DNA of 64,000 bases from an uncultured delta proteobacterium (GTDB lineage Bacteria; Myxococcota_A; Polyangia; Polyangiales; JAFGIB01). The stretch is taken from assembly GCA_963778655.1 (NCBI GenBank), contig CAVZVA010000009.1:192001-256000 (forward strand), written 5' to 3'. This document shows positions 61,126-64,000 of the stretch, piece after piece. A program made the position numbers and the translations under genes. Every line of letters starts with the position of its first letter. Position 1 is the first letter of the stretch. The notes beneath the pieces were generated by a model. That model was not told the DNA's origin, ran no database searches, and saw nothing but the letters and a program-made list of their open reading frames with translations.

Positions 61126-62073
61126 TCAGGGCGAGCAGCGGTTGGTGCGACAGCGGGGTAGGGTAGGGTCGCTGCAGTCGCGGTTGGAGCTGCACTCCAC
61201 GCAGGTGTTCTGCCGGCAGCGCGGCGTCGACGGGCTGGTGCAATCGGCGTCCGCGCTGCACTGCACGCACTGCCCGCTCTGGCACAGCGGCTGCGCGGCG
61301 GGGCAGTCGAGCGCGCTCGCACACTGCGTGCACTGCCCGTTGGCGCCGCACACCGGAGCGCCGGCCGCGCAGTCGGCGTTGCTCAGACACGACACGCACG
61401 CTCCCTCCGGCGTGCACAGCGGATGCGGCACGGAGCAGTCGGCGTTGGACTGACAGCGCGGGTGACAGCGCCGATCGGAGCCGCACGCGCTGGTCGAGGG
61501 GCACTCGGCGTCGACCAGACATTGCACGCATTGGCCCGTCAGCAAGTCGCAGGCGGGGTCTTGCGCGCTGCAGTCGGCGTCGCTGGCGCAGGCGCCGCAG
61601 CGCTCGGTCAGCGGCGAGCAGTTCGGCCGCGCGCCGCTGCAGTCTGCGCTGCTGCGGCAACCGACGCAGGCCTGCAGCGCGAGCTCGCAGTGCGGCGCCA
61701 GCGCCGAGCACTGCGCGTCGCTGCTGCACGCCGCGACGCACAGGCGGGTGGCTGGATCGCAGGCCTGCCCCGCGCCGCAATCGCTGGCAGCGGCGCACTC
61801 TGCACAGCGGCCGATCGCCGCGGCGCAGACCGCGCCGCCGCGCGCGGCGGTGCAGTCTGCGTTGCTCGCGCATTGCAGACAACCGACGCCCGGGGCGCAG
61901 CCGAGCGGGCAGCGCGCCGCGCTCGCGCTGCAGGTTCCGATCGGACCGCTCGAGCCGGAGCTGGAGCACGCCTGCGTGCTCAGCACGAGCGCCGCGCTCA
62001 GCAGCGAGGCGAGCACGACGGGCACTCGCCCGCGCGATTGCAGCCCGCGCGATCTGGGCGGAGGCATGGTCAT
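61126..62073 (-). CDS. Cys-rich repeat lipoprotein
   Basis: Lipobox TQAC; about ten C-x-x-D/N-A-D-C...C...C-V-x-C repeats. Confidence 0.8.
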   Translation of the reverse strand: MTMPPPRSRGLQSRGRVPVVLASLLSAALVLSTQACSSSGSSGPIGTCSASAARCPLGCAPGVGCLQCASNADCTAARGGAVCAAAIGRCAECAAASDCGAGQACDPATRLCVAACSSDAQCSALAPHCELALQACVGCRSSADCSGARPNCSPLTERCGACASDADCSAQDPACDLLTGQCVQCLVDAECPSTSACGSDRRCHPRCQSNADCSVPHPLCTPEGACVSCLSNADCAAGAPVCGANGQCTQCASALDCPAAQPLCQSGQCVQCSADADCTSPSTPRCRQNTCVECSSNRDCSDPTLPRCRTNRCSP

Positions 62074-62747
62074 GAGCCCCCGCCGTATTGCGCTCGGTAG
62101 GCCGACAGGCGGGCGTAGAGCGCCTCGGTCAGCACTACTTTGCCATCGACCGGCCGGCCCCGTAGGTCGGCCATGATCTCCTCGATCGTGACCAGCGAGA
62201 ACGCAGGCATGCCGAAGCTCTCACGCAATTCCTGCAGGGCGCCGCGTTCTCCCTGGCCGCGCTCCATGCGGTCGACCGCGACCACCAGGCCGGCCAGCTC
62301 GACCTTGGCCGCCATACGCAGCAGCGGCACGCTCTCGCGCACCGAGGTGCCGGCCGTGGTCACGTCCTCGACGATCAGCACGCGATCGCCGTCACGCAGC
62401 TCGTGGCCGACCAAGCTGCCGCCCTCGCCGTGGTTTTTGGCTTCCTTGCGGTTGAAGCAGTAGCCCACGTCCTGCGCGAAGTCGTCGTGCAGCGCCATCG
62501 CCGTCGCCACCGCCAGCGGGATGCCCTTGTAGGCGGGCCCGAACAGCACGTCGAATCCGCCGCCGAGCTGATCGCGAATCGCGCGGGCGTAGAAGCGACC
62601 GAGCGCCGAGATGTGCGCGCCGGTGCGGCAGCGCCCGACGTTGATGAAATACGGCATCTTGCGGCCGCTCTTGCCGGTGAAATCGCCGAACAAGAGCATG
62701 CCGCTGCGCACCAGGAAATCGATCAGCTCGCGCTTGGCGCTCGGCAT
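62070..62747 (-). CDS. pyrE: Orotate phosphoribosyltransferase
   Basis: FGDFTGKSGR, FGPAYKGIPL, FNRKEAKNHGEGG, IVEDVTTAGTS. Confidence 0.95.
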   Translation of the reverse strand: MPSAKRELIDFLVRSGMLLFGDFTGKSGRKMPYFINVGRCRTGAHISALGRFYARAIRDQLGGGFDVLFGPAYKGIPLAVATAMALHDDFAQDVGYCFNRKEAKNHGEGGSLVGHELRDGDRVLIVEDVTTAGTSVRESVPLLRMAAKVELAGLVVAVDRMERGQGERGALQELRESFGMPAFSLVTIEEIMADLRGRPVDGKVVLTEALYARLSAYRAQYGGGS

Positions 62748-62880
62748 ACTGGCCGGCGTACTGTAGCCGGCGAAGCCCGCGCAGGGAAAGTCTGGGCGGA
62801 CGATCGCGTGCGGCATGCTATCCTGGCCCGAGCCGCCGCCGGCGACCGCGTCGCCGCTGGCGCTCGAATCGCCGAAGCCG

Positions 62881-64000
62881 ATGGGCGAAGCTGAGCAGAT
62901 GCGGTGGGCCTCGGCCCTGTCACAGCGAGTGGACGCACGCCAGGCGCTGGCGGAGGCGTCGGAGGCCGTGTTGCACGCCCTGGGCGGCACGCCCGACCTC
63001 GCCCTGCTGTTCGTCTCTTCCCACTATGCTGAGGTCTTTCCCGCCATTCCTGGCTGGGCGCAGGCGATGCTCTCGCCCCGGCACATGCTCGGCTGCTCGG
63101 CCGGCGGCGTGCTGGGCGGGGGCAGCGAGGTGGAGCGGCGAGAGGCGCTGAGCATCGTTGCAGCGCGCCTCCCCGGGGTCGAGCTCTCGCCCTTTCACCT
63201 CGAGGCCGGCCCGCATCTGCCCTCGCCCGAGGTGTGGAGCGAGCTGACCGGCATGCGCGACGAGCAGGCCGCGGCCTTCGTGCTGCTGGCCGATCCGTTC
63301 ACGCTCGAGATCGAAGCCACGCTCAAGGGTTTGGACGCGGTGTTTCCCTCCGCGCCCAAGGTCGGTGGCCTGGTCAGCGGCGCCGATGCGCCCGGCGAGG
63401 GCTTGCTGTTCTGGGGCGACCGCACGCTCGGCGGCGGCGTGCTCGGGCTCGCGCTGGGCGGCCGCATCGAGCTGCAGAGCGTGCTGGCGCAGGCGTGCCG
63501 GCCGATTGGCGAGCCGATGATCATCACTCGCTGCCGCGATTCGATCGTGTACGAGCTCAACGTCGGCAATCCGGTGCAAGCGTTGCAACGCGTGATCGAA
63601 ACCCTCGACCCGCGCGATCAGGAGCTGTGCCGGCATTCACTGTTTCTCGGCATCGAGCGCGACGGCAGCGCGCATCGCTACGGGCAGGGCGACTTCCTGG
63701 TGCGCAACCTCGGCGGCCTTCAGCCCAGCACGGGCGCGATGGCGGTGGAAGGCCAGTGCCAGAACTACCAGGTGGTTCAGTTTCTGCTGCGCGACCCGCG
63801 CACCTCGACGCAGGACCTGCAGCTGCGCTTGCTGGAGCTGCAACAGCGCGAGCCCACCAGCAGGGCCAAGGGCGCGCTGCTGTTCTCCTGCGTCGGCCGC
63901 GGTCAGGAGCTGTACGGCGTGCCCAATCATGACTCGGACCTGTTCTGCCGCCACATCGGGCCGCTGCCGATGGGCGGCTTCTTCGCCAACGGCGAGATTG
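62881..64000 (+). CDS. FIST-domain protein, 3-prime end beyond the window
   Basis: Open frame absent from the ORF track (no stop in window): MRWASALS...GCSAGG...GGLVSG...QACRPIG...LLFSCVGRG...GFFANGEI. Confidence 0.85.
   Translation, partial: MGEAEQMRWASALSQRVDARQALAEASEAVLHALGGTPDLALLFVSSHYAEVFPAIPGWAQAMLSPRHMLGCSAGGVLGGGSEVERREALSIVAARLPGVELSPFHLEAGPHLPSPEVWSELTGMRDEQAAAFVLLADPFTLEIEATLKGLDAVFPSAPKVGGLVSGADAPGEGLLFWGDRTLGGGVLGLALGGRIELQSVLAQACRPIGEPMIITRCRDSIVYELNVGNPVQALQRVIETLDPRDQELCRHSLFLGIERDGSAHRYGQGDFLVRNLGGLQPSTGAMAVEGQCQNYQVVQFLLRDPRTSTQDLQLRLLELQQREPTSRAKGALLFSCVGRGQELYGVPNHDSDLFCRHIGPLPMGGFFANGEI

Noticed and set aside
61126..62073. Cys-rich proteins as multiheme cytochromes or RiPP precursors
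   Set aside because: No CxxCH repeats and no modifying enzymes nearby; the pattern fits disulfide-rich surface repeats.

Overview
Very GC-rich bacterial chromosomal window of about 50 genes. The gene content points to a myxobacterium (Myxococcota, probably Polyangia; inference): an ECF/FecR locus, a Ser/Thr kinase, TPR-PEGA and Cys-rich lipoproteins, and a type IV pilin. Recognisable genes are a PhoB-like regulator with a pho-box promoter, a Ca2+-type P-type ATPase, a cytochrome P450, mscL, a cusCBA-type efflux operon with a cupredoxin, glgB, lon, nth, rnhB, pyrE, an EAL protein and a FIST protein cut by the window end. I found no rRNA, tRNA, CRISPR array, transposase or integrase. The main leads are: (1) a ~200-nt multi-hairpin intergenic element in two diverged copies whose G-U wobbles favour one strand, plus other MITE/REP-like hairpins; (2) two paralogous secreted TolB-like beta-propeller lipoproteins sharing a single CxxCH motif, one ending an ECF sigma / FecR-TPR operon; (3) a Cys/Pro-rich signal-peptide ORF upstream of the cus operon that resembles copper-responsive leader peptides; (4) a D-to-E pseudo-receiver, an HTH-less AraC cupin, a PolX-like HhH protein without a polymerase domain, and a frameshifted TPR-PEGA gene. 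Starts were re-picked by eye and all product calls come from motif recognition, not database searches.
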